A stretch of DNA of 64,000 nucleotides from contig OY760861.2 of NCBI GenBank assembly GCA_963664025.2, forward strand, positions 1,822,741-1,886,740. Reading direction: 5' to 3'. The notes below the pieces were generated by a model. It searched no databases and was not told the DNA's origin. It was given only the letters and a program-made list of their open reading frames with translations. The translations under genes and the position numbers were made by a program. Source of the DNA: Tepidiformaceae bacterium (GTDB taxonomy: Bacteria > Chloroflexota > Dehalococcoidia > Tepidiformales > Tepidiformaceae). Shown here piece after piece: positions 31,963-42,790 of the stretch; position 1 is the stretch's first letter; each line of letters opens with the position of its first letter.

Positions 31963-34689
31963 GTGACGAAGCCCCCAGTCCTGAGAGGCCCGGCCCGCGA
32001 TGCGGTGAAACATCGCGATGGTCACCTGCAGATCATCGCCTCTGCGGGCTCCGGGAAAACAGAGGTTGTCGCGCAACGCATAGCTGACCTCTTCGCGAGC
32101 GGCGTCAAGCCCGAGGAGGTCGTGGCGTTCACCTTCAACGAATCCGCAGCGGAAGAGTTGCAGGGCCGCATTGAGGAGCGGGTGACCCACCGCCTTGGCC
32201 CCGCCTTCCTCGATCAGATGAACGACTGCTTCATCGGAACCATCCATGCCTACTGCTTCCGCCTGCTTCAGGTTCATGCTCCGGAGTTCGAGGCATACGA
32301 CGTCTTGGACCAACACCAGCTTTCGGCATTCTTGTCGATTGAAGCTCGCCGCCTTGGAGTTGGCTCTCTTGACGATCGCCTGTTCCAGGCAGTCAGACAC
32401 TTCCGCTCGAACATTGATGTGATCGAGAACGAGCTGATACCAGTCGAAAATCTCACCGGAGAATTCCGTGATACTGCACAAAAATACTACGAAGAAATCG
32501 AACGCCGAAGGCTCCTGACTTACGGGCAACAGATCGTCCGCGCTATCTCCGCTCTCGAATCCAGCGACATCTTGGAGAAAATCCATTCGTCGCTACGGTA
32601 CCTTGTAGTCGATGAGTATCAAGACATCAACCCTGCCCAAGAGCGACTCATCCAACTACTTGCCAGTGGGCCTGTCCAACTCTGCGTCGTCGGCGATGAT
32701 GACCAGGCCATCTACCAGTGGCGCGGAGCAAACGTGAGGAACATCGTTGAGTTTCAAGAGCGTTATGTCGCCACACAGTATCCCATCGTGACGAACCGGC
32801 GCAGTCGCCCCGGAATCATTCGATTCGCAAACGCCGTCTCCAGCAGCATCCAAGGGCGGCTTGACAAACAGATGCGTCGTCATCGCCCATCTGCGGAACC
32901 AGACCACTCCTTGTGGATCGCCTCCACCCAAGCGGCTGAGGCAGAACAGATCGCCAAAACTGTCCGCAGTCTCCATCAGCAGGGCTGGCACTACAGCGAC
33001 ATGGCGATCCTAGTGCGCGGGCGAGTTGCTAGCCCTGCGTTGCTGGAGGCACTTGACGGCGTGCCCGTGACGACTGGCAGCAGAACTGCGCTGTTTCAGC
33101 AGCCACTGGCCAGCCTGTTCGGTCGCACACTCGGATTCTTGGCGGGGAGCGGGTGGAGCGACGAGCAATATGGTCCTCGCGTAGTGAGTAACCTAGACTA
33201 CGTTGTACACCGTTACACAGCAGAGTTCGGACTGGACGCGGAACGCCAGACCCAAGTCCACACAGTTCTGAAGGATTGGAAGGACGAAGTCTCGACCCCC
33301 TCTCGCCCGGCAAACCTTGTCGGGGACTTCTATCAGTTGCTCGAAGCCTGCGGAGTGCTCAGTTGGGATCCGGATGATCCTGTGCAGGTCGCCCGTCTTG
33401 GCACTCTCGCCCGCTGCTCTCAGATTCTCGCGGATTTCGAGAGTGTCCAGCGGCGCTCGCGTCCAGATCTTGAAGCTCCTGGCGAGCAGATCGGAGGCCA
33501 AGATCGCGGACAGTTCTTCTACTACGCACTTGCGAACTTCGTGCAGCACTACGCTCGCGGAGCCTACGAAGGGTTTGATGGCGACGATGAGATTATCGTG
33601 GACGCTGTCACACTCACAACTGTCCACCAAGCGAAGGGGCGTGAGTGGCCCATCGTCTTCGTCCCATCGCTGACGGCTCGTCGCTTTCCGTCATCCATGA
33701 CCGGTCGCGCCGGCAAATGGTTCGTCCCCGAGGAACTCTTCGACCCTGGGCGATATGAGGGGAACGAGAACGATGAGCGCCGCCTTTTTTACGTCGCAGT
33801 GACCCGCGCCCGGGACTGGCTATCACTCTCCGCACACGAACGAGTAAACCCCAACGGGCACCGCCAGCGACCATCACCCTTCTTGCAGCCTCTCCCTAGA
33901 GATAGCCTAGGAGCCAACCCTGTGCTCCCACCCACTCCAGACGAGGGGAGCAGCGACCTTGACGCCGACCGAGTCACACTGTCGTTCTCGGAACTGGCGG
34001 TCTTCCTCCGCTGCCCTTATGCCTTCCGCCTCCGGCACAGGCTCGGGTTCCAGCCACAGATCGCGCCAGAGCTTGGCTACGGCAAGGCGGTACACCACGC
34101 CCTGCGACAAGTGGCAGAACACTACCAGCGCACTGGCACCGTCCCTTCGCGCGCAGAACTGGACGTCATGTTCACAGAGGGGTTCTTCCTCCCCTACGCG
34201 AACAAACCGGCTCACCGCCAACTCAAGAACGCCGCTCGTCGTCTGGTCAACCGGTACATTGAAGCGTACTCGGACGACTTTGACCGCATCTGGGAGGTTG
34301 AGCGTCCCTTTGAGCTCCATCTGGACGATGCGGTCATCTCCGGTCGGGCGGATGTGATCCTGGATCGGGAAGGCGGCCACATCCACGCCCTTGCCCTCGT
34401 CGACTACAAGACCTCGACGCGCAGAGAGTACGACTTCGATCTCCAGCTTCAAGTCTACGCGAACGCCGGACGCCGGGAGGGGCTGGATGTCCGTGGCGCC
34501 TATGTGCACGACCTCAACGAGGCCGATCGCATCCCGGTCGACATTGAGGAGGCAACGGTCGAGACAGCGGAGGAGGGTGTGCGCGAGGCAATCAGCCGCT
34601 ATCGGGAATCTGACTTCGCACCAACGCCGTCGCGCTCTGTATGCGGAGAGTGTGACATGCGTCCCGTCTGCCGCTTCCGCGCCGAGTAG
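31963..34689 (+). CDS. UvrD/Rep-type SF1 helicase fused to C-terminal Cas4/AddB-like PD-(D/E)xK nuclease with Cys4 (Fe-S) signature
   Basis: Helicase motifs: ASAGSGKTEV (Walker A), LVVDEYQDINPAQ, VVGDDDQAIYQWRGA, TVHQAKGREWPIVFV and LFYVAVTRARDWL. Nuclease motifs: RCPYAFRL, GKAVHHAL, GRADVILD, LVDYKTS and CGECDMRPVC. GTG 31963 has AGAGG 6 nt upstream; TTG 31957 is an alternative start. G+C visibly lower. Confidence 0.8.
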   Translation: MTKPPVLRGPARDAVKHRDGHLQIIASAGSGKTEVVAQRIADLFASGVKPEEVVAFTFNESAAEELQGRIEERVTHRLGPAFLDQMNDCFIGTIHAYCFRLLQVHAPEFEAYDVLDQHQLSAFLSIEARRLGVGSLDDRLFQAVRHFRSNIDVIENELIPVENLTGEFRDTAQKYYEEIERRRLLTYGQQIVRAISALESSDILEKIHSSLRYLVVDEYQDINPAQERLIQLLASGPVQLCVVGDDDQAIYQWRGANVRNIVEFQERYVATQYPIVTNRRSRPGIIRFANAVSSSIQGRLDKQMRRHRPSAEPDHSLWIASTQAAEAEQIAKTVRSLHQQGWHYSDMAILVRGRVASPALLEALDGVPVTTGSRTALFQQPLASLFGRTLGFLAGSGWSDEQYGPRVVSNLDYVVHRYTAEFGLDAERQTQVHTVLKDWKDEVSTPSRPANLVGDFYQLLEACGVLSWDPDDPVQVARLGTLARCSQILADFESVQRRSRPDLEAPGEQIGGQDRGQFFYYALANFVQHYARGAYEGFDGDDEIIVDAVTLTTVHQAKGREWPIVFVPSLTARRFPSSMTGRAGKWFVPEELFDPGRYEGNENDERRLFYVAVTRARDWLSLSAHERVNPNGHRQRPSPFLQPLPRDSLGANPVLPPTPDEGSSDLDADRVTLSFSELAVFLRCPYAFRLRHRLGFQPQIAPELGYGKAVHHALRQVAEHYQRTGTVPSRAELDVMFTEGFFLPYANKPAHRQLKNAARRLVNRYIEAYSDDFDRIWEVERPFELHLDDAVISGRADVILDREGGHIHALALVDYKTSTRREYDFDLQLQVYANAGRREGLDVRGAYVHDLNEADRIPVDIEEATVETAEEGVREAISRYRESDFAPTPSRSVCGECDMRPVCRFRAE

Positions 34690-34696
34690 CTGCCAC

Positions 34697-36316
34697 TCAC
34701 GGCGCGAGCCTGAGGGCGAGGAGGAAGCCGGGGTCGGCGAAGCCGATGGGGATGAGGAGGGTGTCGCCGGCGATGGCGGGCCAGCCGTTGATGCCGCCCG
34801 CCGCCTGGTGCTTCCAGACGATCTCGCCGGTCTCGCGGTCGAGGGCGAGGATGAGGCCGGTGATGACGGACGTGAAGACGAGGTCGTTGACGACGGTCGC
34901 GCCGCCGAAACCGTCGCCGGGGAGGTCGGTTTCCCAGCGGACGGCGCCGGTGGCGGCGTCGATGGCGACGAGCTGGCTGGGGTGGACGCCGAGGCTGGTG
35001 CCCGTGCCCTCGGCGACGTCCGGCTCGTAGGTGGTGGGGGCGTTGACGACGGAGACGTAGACGACGCCCTCGGCGACGGCGAGGGGGGTGACGACGCCGC
35101 CCGCGTTGCCGGGCATGACCTCGACCTCGCCCTCGATGCTGGTCAGGTGGTCGTTCTGGTGGAGGCCGACGGGCGTGTCCCAGAGGACGGTCCCTTCGGG
35201 GTCGAGGCCGACGACGCGGCCCATCTTGCCGCTGCTGATGATGACGCGGCGGCCGTCGGCGAGGGTGGCGATGCCGGTGAGGACGGCGTCGCGGTCGAAG
35301 ATGTCGTGGGCGATGTGCTGGACGCCCCAGCGCAGTTCGCCGGTGGTTATGTCGATGGCGAGGATGGAGTCGGTCCAGCGGTTGTCGCCGGGGCGGCTCT
35401 CGCCGTTGGGGAAGCCGGGGACGCCGGGATAGGGGTAGGGGTTGGAGATGCCCCAGTAGGAGACGCCCGCCGCGAGGTCGAGGGAGGGCGGGTACCAGGC
35501 GCCGCCGCCGCTGTTGATCGCGGGGTTCCCCCAGACGTCTTCGGAGACGATGGTGTTGAAGGACCAGCGGACCTCGCCGGTGGAGGGGTCGAGGGCGTAG
35601 AGGGCGCCGCGGGCGCCGGGCTGGGCGAGGGAGCTGGTGGCGGCGAAGACGGTCCCGCCCGCGACGACGGGCTGGAAGTTGACGACGCCGCCGTTGGCGA
35701 GGATGCCGGTGGCCCAGAGGCGCTCGCCGTCGATGGCGCGGTAGGCGGCGATGGAGTGGCCGCCGAGGTTGGCGAAGACGCAGCCGCCGCTGACGGCGAC
35801 GCCGCTGGGGCCGTAGGTCCACTGCCCGACCTCGACCGTCCAGCGGCGGGCGCCGGACTGGAGGTCGATGGCGTGCACGTTCGTCTGGAGGTCGCCGAGG
35901 TAGACCGTGTTCCCGGCGATGATGGGCGTGGTGGCGACGATGCCGAAGGCCCCGCCGGAGGGCAGTTCGTAGCGCCACGCCTCCTTGAGGTCGCCGACGT
36001 TGGCGGCGGTGATGCCGGCTGTGAAGGTGGCGCGGCTGCCCTCGGCGTCGTAGTGGGGGTGGGGCCAGTCGGGGGCGTCGGCGAGGGGCGGCTCGGGGCC
36101 GGAGCAGGGGGCGGGGGCGGCGGCGCGGGGCGTGGGGGTTGGCGTGGGGGGGACGGCGGTGGGGGTGGCGGCGGCAGTCGCGGTTTCGGTGGGCGCGGGC
36201 GCTTCCGGCGATGGCGCGTCGTCAGCGCTGTCGCCGCAGGCGGCGAGCGTCAGCGCCAGCGCAGCGGCGAGCGTCAGCGCCAGCGCGGCGGCGAGCGGGA
36301 GGAGGGCGCGCTTCAT
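34697..36316 (-). CDS. PQQ-like beta-propeller repeat lipoprotein
   Basis: Lipobox LTLAACGDS. Repeated A.D..TG...W motifs (ALYALDPSTGEVRW, LVAIDAATGAVRW, LILALDRETGEIVW). Confidence 0.75.
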   Translation of the reverse strand: MKRALLPLAAALALTLAAALALTLAACGDSADDAPSPEAPAPTETATAAATPTAVPPTPTPTPRAAAPAPCSGPEPPLADAPDWPHPHYDAEGSRATFTAGITAANVGDLKEAWRYELPSGGAFGIVATTPIIAGNTVYLGDLQTNVHAIDLQSGARRWTVEVGQWTYGPSGVAVSGGCVFANLGGHSIAAYRAIDGERLWATGILANGGVVNFQPVVAGGTVFAATSSLAQPGARGALYALDPSTGEVRWSFNTIVSEDVWGNPAINSGGGAWYPPSLDLAAGVSYWGISNPYPYPGVPGFPNGESRPGDNRWTDSILAIDITTGELRWGVQHIAHDIFDRDAVLTGIATLADGRRVIISSGKMGRVVGLDPEGTVLWDTPVGLHQNDHLTSIEGEVEVMPGNAGGVVTPLAVAEGVVYVSVVNAPTTYEPDVAEGTGTSLGVHPSQLVAIDAATGAVRWETDLPGDGFGGATVVNDLVFTSVITGLILALDRETGEIVWKHQAAGGINGWPAIAGDTLLIPIGFADPGFLLALRLAP

Positions 36317-36370
36317 GGTGGGCGGGAGTCTACGGAAGGCGAGCCATGTGAGCGGGCTTCCCCACGGGTC

Positions 36371-36799
36371 TTATCCGAAGAACGGCCTTCCCTTGATGCT
36401 GACGAGGAAGTGCTGGGCGGGGACGAGTTGGTGGTCCGTCGTGTCGGGAATGAAACCGAGGACCTGGAGCGCCGTCGCTCCCAGGATGTAGGAGCCTTCC
36501 TCGCCGAAGATGACCGGCGCGGTTCGCTTTCGGCCACCGATCTCGAAGCGCGCTTCCCCCACCGGGTATTCCTTCCACTCCGTATCGGGGAAGGAGAACT
36601 CTTCGGTCTGGTCAGGTTCGATGCCGATCTTCTGGAGCAGCGAGGCGGGCAGCTTGGAGTGGGTGGCTCCGGTGTCCACGAGCATGGACGCCTTGTAGTA
36701 GTCGCCACCGCCGGGATTCGACACCCTCACATCGACCTCGAACATCCCCATGACAGATCCCTCCGGCGCTCCACGGCCTGCATTCGAGTATAGAGCCAT
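36371..36799 (-). CDS. retropepsin-like (clan AA) aspartic protease family protein
   Basis: MLVDTGATHSKLPASLL. Alignable along its whole length with 20592..20948. The start may be an internal Met (about 36751). Confidence 0.6.
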   Translation of the reverse strand: MALYSNAGRGAPEGSVMGMFEVDVRVSNPGGGDYYKASMLVDTGATHSKLPASLLQKIGIEPDQTEEFSFPDTEWKEYPVGEARFEIGGRKRTAPVIFGEEGSYILGATALQVLGFIPDTTDHQLVPAQHFLVSIKGRPFFG

Positions 36800-36867
36800 C
36801 CGTCCATCTTGACACCGTCCCCATCGCGACCGGCATCGACTTTCGCTACGAAATGATCGAAAAAGCC

Positions 36868-36896
36868 TTGCCCGTGAGGGCGGGGTCGCCTACGAT
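36868..36896 (+). promoter_or_regulatory. candidate sufR promoter: TTGCCC-17 nt-TACGAT, 6 nt upstream of the ATG (leaderless-type)
   Basis: TTGCCC at 36868-36873, a 17-nt spacer, TACGAT at 36891-36896, and ATG at 36903. No SD sequence. Confidence 0.45.
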
Positions 36897-36902
36897 CGAT
36901 GC

Positions 36903-37574
36903 ATGGACCGGCAGCTGCACGGGACGCGGGAGCGGGTGCTCGACTACGTGGTCGGGCGCCACGGGGCGCGCGTGGAGGAGATGGCGGAGGCGCTGGGCGT
37001 GAAGGCGGCGGCGGTCCGGCGGCACCTCGACCACCTGCGCGCGGACGGGCTGATCGAGTCGCGCCCGGTGAAGCAGGCGACGGGCCGCCCCTTCCTGAGC
37101 TGGTACCCCACGGCCAAGGGCGCGGGGGAAGCGCCGCCCGCCTACGCGGACCTGTTCGCGCGGGTGCTGGGGTGGCTGGGGCAGGAGCACATCGACGAGG
37201 CCGTGGCCACGGGCGTGGCGGCCTCGCTCGCCGAGCGCCACCGCGACGAGGTGGCGGGCTCGGAGAGCGGGGAGGACCTCGTGGAGCACGTGACGGAGAG
37301 CCTGCGCCGCGAGGGCATCCTGGAGACGTGGCGGGCGGAGGCGGACGGCTTCCACCTGGTCAACTCGTGCTGCCCGTATCCGCAGGCGGCGGAACTGTCG
37401 CGGCTGCCCTGCGAGGCCGACCGGCAGGCGATCAGCCTGCTCATCGGGGAGGACGTGGAGCAGATCGAGCGTATCGTGGACGGCTCGCCGTGCTGCGAGT
37501 ACCGCGTGCAACTGGACACCGAACACGAGCAGAAGGCCGTCGCCGCGGGCGAGGCCGCCGAAGGGACCGCATGA
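36903..37574 (+). CDS. sufR: SufR-like Fe-S cluster biosynthesis transcriptional regulator
   Basis: N-terminal winged-HTH (RERVLDYV...VEEMAEALGVKAAAVRRHLDHLRADGLIE). C-terminal Cys cluster (CCPYP...C...CC). Sits directly upstream of sufC, coupled by ATGA. Confidence 0.75.
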   Translation: MDRQLHGTRERVLDYVVGRHGARVEEMAEALGVKAAAVRRHLDHLRADGLIESRPVKQATGRPFLSWYPTAKGAGEAPPAYADLFARVLGWLGQEHIDEAVATGVAASLAERHRDEVAGSESGEDLVEHVTESLRREGILETWRAEADGFHLVNSCCPYPQAAELSRLPCEADRQAISLLIGEDVEQIERIVDGSPCCEYRVQLDTEHEQKAVAAGEAAEGTA

Positions 37575-38329
37575 ACGAAGCGCCGCTTCTCGAAATCGAC
37601 GCCCTGCGCGCCAGCGTGGCGGGCAAGGAGATCCTCACGGGGCTGAACCTGACGGTGCGCCCGGGCGAGGTGCACGCGATCATGGGGCCGAACGGCTCCG
37701 GCAAGAGCACCCTCGCGAACACGCTCATGGGCAACCCGCGCTACGCCGTCACGGGCGGCGGGGTGCGCTTCCTGGGGGAGGCGCTGGAGGGGATGGCGCC
37801 GGACGAGCGCGCGCGCCAGGGGCTGTTCCTCGCCTTCCAGTACCCCGTGGCCGTGCCGGGCGTGACGGTCGTGAACTTCCTGCGCCAGGCGGTGAACGCC
37901 GTGCGCGGGGAGGACCTGCCCGTGCGCGAGTTCCGGCAGGAGCTGTTCGCGAAGATGGAGCTGCTGAAGGTGGACCGCGATTTCGCGCGGCGCTACCTGA
38001 ACGACGGCTTCAGCGGGGGCGAGAAGAAGCGCGCGGAGATGCTGCAGCTGGCGATGCTGCAGCCGCGCATGGCCGTGCTGGACGAGACGGATTCGGGGCT
38101 CGACATCGACGCCCTGCGGACGGTCGCGGACGGCGTGAACGCGCTGATGAACGAAGACATGGGGTTGCTGCTGATCACGCATTACCAGCGGCTGCTCAAC
38201 TACATCAAGCCACAGTTCGTACACGTGCTGATGGACGGGCGCATCGTGCGCTCGGGCGGCCCCGAGCTCGCGGAGGAGCTCGAGGCGAGCGGGTACGACG
38301 CCATTGAAGCGGCCGCGCCGACGGCCTGA
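37571..38329 (+). CDS. sufC: Fe-S cluster assembly ATPase SufC
   Basis: GPNGSGKSTLANTLMG, FSGGEKKRAEMLQL and LDETDSGLDIDAL. Confidence 0.95.
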   Translation: MNEAPLLEIDALRASVAGKEILTGLNLTVRPGEVHAIMGPNGSGKSTLANTLMGNPRYAVTGGGVRFLGEALEGMAPDERARQGLFLAFQYPVAVPGVTVVNFLRQAVNAVRGEDLPVREFRQELFAKMELLKVDRDFARRYLNDGFSGGEKKRAEMLQLAMLQPRMAVLDETDSGLDIDALRTVADGVNALMNEDMGLLLITHYQRLLNYIKPQFVHVLMDGRIVRSGGPELAEELEASGYDAIEAAAPTA

Positions 38330-38347
38330 AGGAAGAGGAGAGACGCC

Positions 38348-39754
<1,407 letters not shown>

Positions 39755-39856
39755 GCCGGGAAGGCCGCCGGCGGCGCGCGGGGCGGAGCCGGAGACGGGA
39801 CCGCCCGCGCGACGCGCGCGAACGCACCAGGAAGGCATCAGAGGAACGGGAAGCGC

Positions 39857-41104
39857 ATGACATCGGCCCCCACGACCACGGCATCCGCGCTCACGCCCGC
39901 GGCGAGCCGCGCCCTCGGCGAGGCGCTCGGCGACGGCGCGGCCGTGGCGGCCCTGCGCGCGCGCGCGGCGGAGGCGCTGGAGCGCGCCTCGGTCACGATG
40001 CCGGCGCCGGCGATCCACCGGCCCTGGAAGTACGTCGATCCGGCGGCGCTCGACCTCGACGGGTTCGCGCCGCCGGGGGCGGAAGCGGCGGCGCGCTTCA
40101 GCGGAGCGCAGGACATCGACGGGCTGACGGTCGCGGCGTTCGCCGGGGCGCCGGAGGGGGCGCTCGGACGGCTGGGCGAGGCCGTGCCGGTGGAGGGCGA
40201 GGGCGACCGGCTGGCGGCGCTGCACTACGCCTTCCTCGGGGGCGGCGCGCTCGTGGAGACGAAGGCGAACGCGGAGATCGCGGAGCCGGTGCGGCTCACG
40301 CGCGAGTTCACGGAGGCGGGGGCGCTGGCCGCGCCGCACACGCTCATCGCGGCGGGCGCGAACAGCCGCCTGACGGTCATCGAGGAGTACCGCTCGGACG
40401 ACGGGCCGATGGCGGTACTGCCCGCCGTCGAGTTGCTGGCGGGGCCGGGGGCGGTCATCAGCTACACGTCGCTGCACCGCTGGGGGGCGCGCACGCGCGT
40501 CTTCGCGGGGCAGCGGGCGGTCACGGAGCGGGACGCGGACGTGCGCAGCCTGAGCCTGGTGACGGGCGGACGGCTGGTGAAGAGCCACATCACGTCGTCG
40601 CTGGAGGGGCGCGGTTCGAGCAGCGAGATCTACGGCCTCGCGGTGGGGGCGGGCGACGAGCACACGGACTTCTACACGGTCCAGGACCACGTGGCGGAGG
40701 ACACGCGCAGCGACCTGCTGATCAAGTCGGCGCTGGGCGAGCGCTCGCGGGCGGTCTACTACGGGCTGACGAAGGTGGGGCTGGGGGCGCGGCGCGCGGA
40801 CGCCAACCAGGAGAACCGCAACCTGCTGCTGAGCCGCGCGGCCAAGGCGGACAGCGACCCCGTGCTGGAGATCCTCACGAACGACGTGACGCGCGTGAGC
40901 CACGGGGCGACGGCGGGGCCGGTGGACGAGGAGGAGCTGTTCTACATCCAGTCGCGGGGGCTGACGCGCGAGGGGGCGGTGGGGCTGCTGGTGCGCGGCT
41001 TCCTCGGCGAGCCGCTGGACCGCAGCGGCCACGGCGAGGCCGTGCGCGAGGAGCTGAGCGCGCTCGTCGAGGCGAAGCTGCGGGCGCTGGGGGCGAACGC
41101 GTGA
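39857..41104 (+). CDS. sufD: Fe-S cluster assembly protein SufD
   Basis: 415 aa with a SufBD-family C-terminal beta-helix region (LLLSRAAKADSDPVLEILTNDVTRVSHGATAGPVDEEELFYIQSRGL). Confidence 0.9.
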   Translation: MTSAPTTTASALTPAASRALGEALGDGAAVAALRARAAEALERASVTMPAPAIHRPWKYVDPAALDLDGFAPPGAEAAARFSGAQDIDGLTVAAFAGAPEGALGRLGEAVPVEGEGDRLAALHYAFLGGGALVETKANAEIAEPVRLTREFTEAGALAAPHTLIAAGANSRLTVIEEYRSDDGPMAVLPAVELLAGPGAVISYTSLHRWGARTRVFAGQRAVTERDADVRSLSLVTGGRLVKSHITSSLEGRGSSSEIYGLAVGAGDEHTDFYTVQDHVAEDTRSDLLIKSALGERSRAVYYGLTKVGLGARRADANQENRNLLLSRAAKADSDPVLEILTNDVTRVSHGATAGPVDEEELFYIQSRGLTREGAVGLLVRGFLGEPLDRSGHGEAVREELSALVEAKLRALGANA

Positions 41105-42351
41105 GCCTCGACACGGCGCGGCTGCGGGAGGATTTCCCCATCCTCGGGCGGGAGGTGAACGGCCACCCGCTGGTCTACCTCGACAACGCGGCGACGACGC
41201 AGAAGCCGCGCGCCGTGATCGAGGCGCTGACGCGCTACTACGAGACGCAGAACGCGAACATCCACCGCGGCATCCACACGCTGGCGGTGGAGGCGACGGA
41301 GGCGTACGAGGGGGTGCGCGCGAAGGCGGCGCGGCACATCGGCGCGGGGAACGCGGAGGACGTCGTCTTCACGCGCAACACGACGGAGTCGATCAACCTC
41401 GTGGCGCGCGCCTGGGGCGACGCGAACCTGGGCGAGGGCGACGAGATCGCGCTCACGCTGATGGAGCACCACTCGAACATCGTGCCCTGGCAACTGCTGG
41501 CGCAGCGCACGGGCGCGACGCTGCGCTACGCGGGCATCGACGCGGAGGGGCGGCTGGACCTGGACTCGCTGCGGGCGCTGATCGGGCCGCGCACGAAGCT
41601 CGTGGCGGTCACGCACATGTCGAACGTGCTGGGGACGATCAACCCGATCGCGGAGATCGCGGAGATGGCGCGGTCCGCGGGCGCGCTGCTGCTCGTGGAC
41701 GGGGCGCAGAGCGCTCCCCATCTGCCGGTCGACGTGGAGGCGCTGGGGTGCGACGTGTTCGCCTTCTCCGCGCACAAGATGCTGGGGCCGACGGGCGTGG
41801 GCGTGCTCTGGGCGCGGCCGGGGCTGCTGGCGGGGATGGAGCCGTTCCTGGGCGGCGGCGAGATGATCGCGATCGTGAGGCCGGAGGGCTCGACGTGGGC
41901 GGAGGGGCCGCACAAGTTCGAGGCGGGCACGCCCAACATCGCGGACGTGATCGCGTTCGGGGCGGCGCTCGACTACCTGGACGGGCTCGGCATGGCGAAC
42001 GTGCGCGCGCATGAGCGGCGCATCACCGCCTACGCGATCGAGGCGCTGGAGCGCTCCGGCGGGATCAGGGTGCACGGGCCGCGCGACACGGCGGTTCGCG
42101 GCGGGGCGGTGAGCTTCGAGGTGGAGGGCGTGCATCCGCACGACGTGAGCACGATCGTGGACGCGTACGGGATCGCGATCCGGGCGGGGCACCACTGCGC
42201 GCAGCTGCTGATGCGCCACCTGGACGTACCCGCGACGAACCGCGCCAGCTTCTACCTGTACAACGACGAACGCGAGGCCGATGCGCTGGTGGAAGCGCTC
42301 GGCGAGGTGAAACGGGTGTTTGGACGTGCTGAGAGCCGAACCGCAGTTTGA
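41101..42351 (+). CDS. sufS: cysteine desulfurase SufS
   Basis: FPILGREVNGHPLVYLDNAATTQKP, SAHKMLGPTG (PLP Lys) and RAGHHCAQ (active-site Cys). The GTG overlaps the sufD stop. Confidence 0.95.
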   Translation: MSLDTARLREDFPILGREVNGHPLVYLDNAATTQKPRAVIEALTRYYETQNANIHRGIHTLAVEATEAYEGVRAKAARHIGAGNAEDVVFTRNTTESINLVARAWGDANLGEGDEIALTLMEHHSNIVPWQLLAQRTGATLRYAGIDAEGRLDLDSLRALIGPRTKLVAVTHMSNVLGTINPIAEIAEMARSAGALLLVDGAQSAPHLPVDVEALGCDVFAFSAHKMLGPTGVGVLWARPGLLAGMEPFLGGGEMIAIVRPEGSTWAEGPHKFEAGTPNIADVIAFGAALDYLDGLGMANVRAHERRITAYAIEALERSGGIRVHGPRDTAVRGGAVSFEVEGVHPHDVSTIVDAYGIAIRAGHHCAQLLMRHLDVPATNRASFYLYNDEREADALVEALGEVKRVFGRAESRTAV

Positions 42352-42790
42352 CGACCTCTACCGCGAGGTGATCCTCGATCACTACCGGCGTCCGCGGAAC
42401 GCGGGCTCGCTGGAAGCGCGCACGCACTTCGCGGAGGGGGCGAACCCCGTGTGCGGCGACGAGATCGCGCTGGACGTGGCGATCGAGGGGGACGTGATCC
42501 GGGGGATGGCGTTCCGGGGTCAGGGGTGCTCGATCAGCCAGTCGAGCGCCTCGATGATGACGGAGCGCGTGTGCGGGGGCACGATCGCGGAGGCGCGGCG
42601 GCTGATGGGGCTGTTCGAGGCGCAACTGGTGGACAACGCCGAGCCCGATCCGGCGCTCGGCGATCTCGAAGCGCTGCAGGGTGTGGCACAGTTCCCCGTG
42701 CGGGTGAAGTGCGCCCTCCTCTGCTGGAAGGTGCTGCGCGAGGCACTGGAGACAACCGTCAACGAAGCGGCGACCCCGCAAGGAGCATGA
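42320..42790 (+). CDS. sufU: SUF system NifU-family scaffold/sulfur-transfer protein SufU
   Basis: LYREVILDHYRRPRN...NPVCGDEI...GQGCSISQSSASMM...C. The start is ambiguous (TTG 42320 or GTG 42326) and overlaps the sufS 3' end. Confidence 0.85.
   Translation: MDVLRAEPQFDDLYREVILDHYRRPRNAGSLEARTHFAEGANPVCGDEIALDVAIEGDVIRGMAFRGQGCSISQSSASMMTERVCGGTIAEARRLMGLFEAQLVDNAEPDPALGDLEALQGVAQFPVRVKCALLCWKVLREALETTVNEAATPQGA

Noticed and set aside
36809-36814. Perfect TTGACA hexamer in the sufR/retropepsin intergenic region as a -35 box
   Set aside because: No acceptable -10 hexamer lies 16-19 nt downstream (GGCATC/GCATCG). The TTGCCC-17-TACGAT promoter further downstream fits better.
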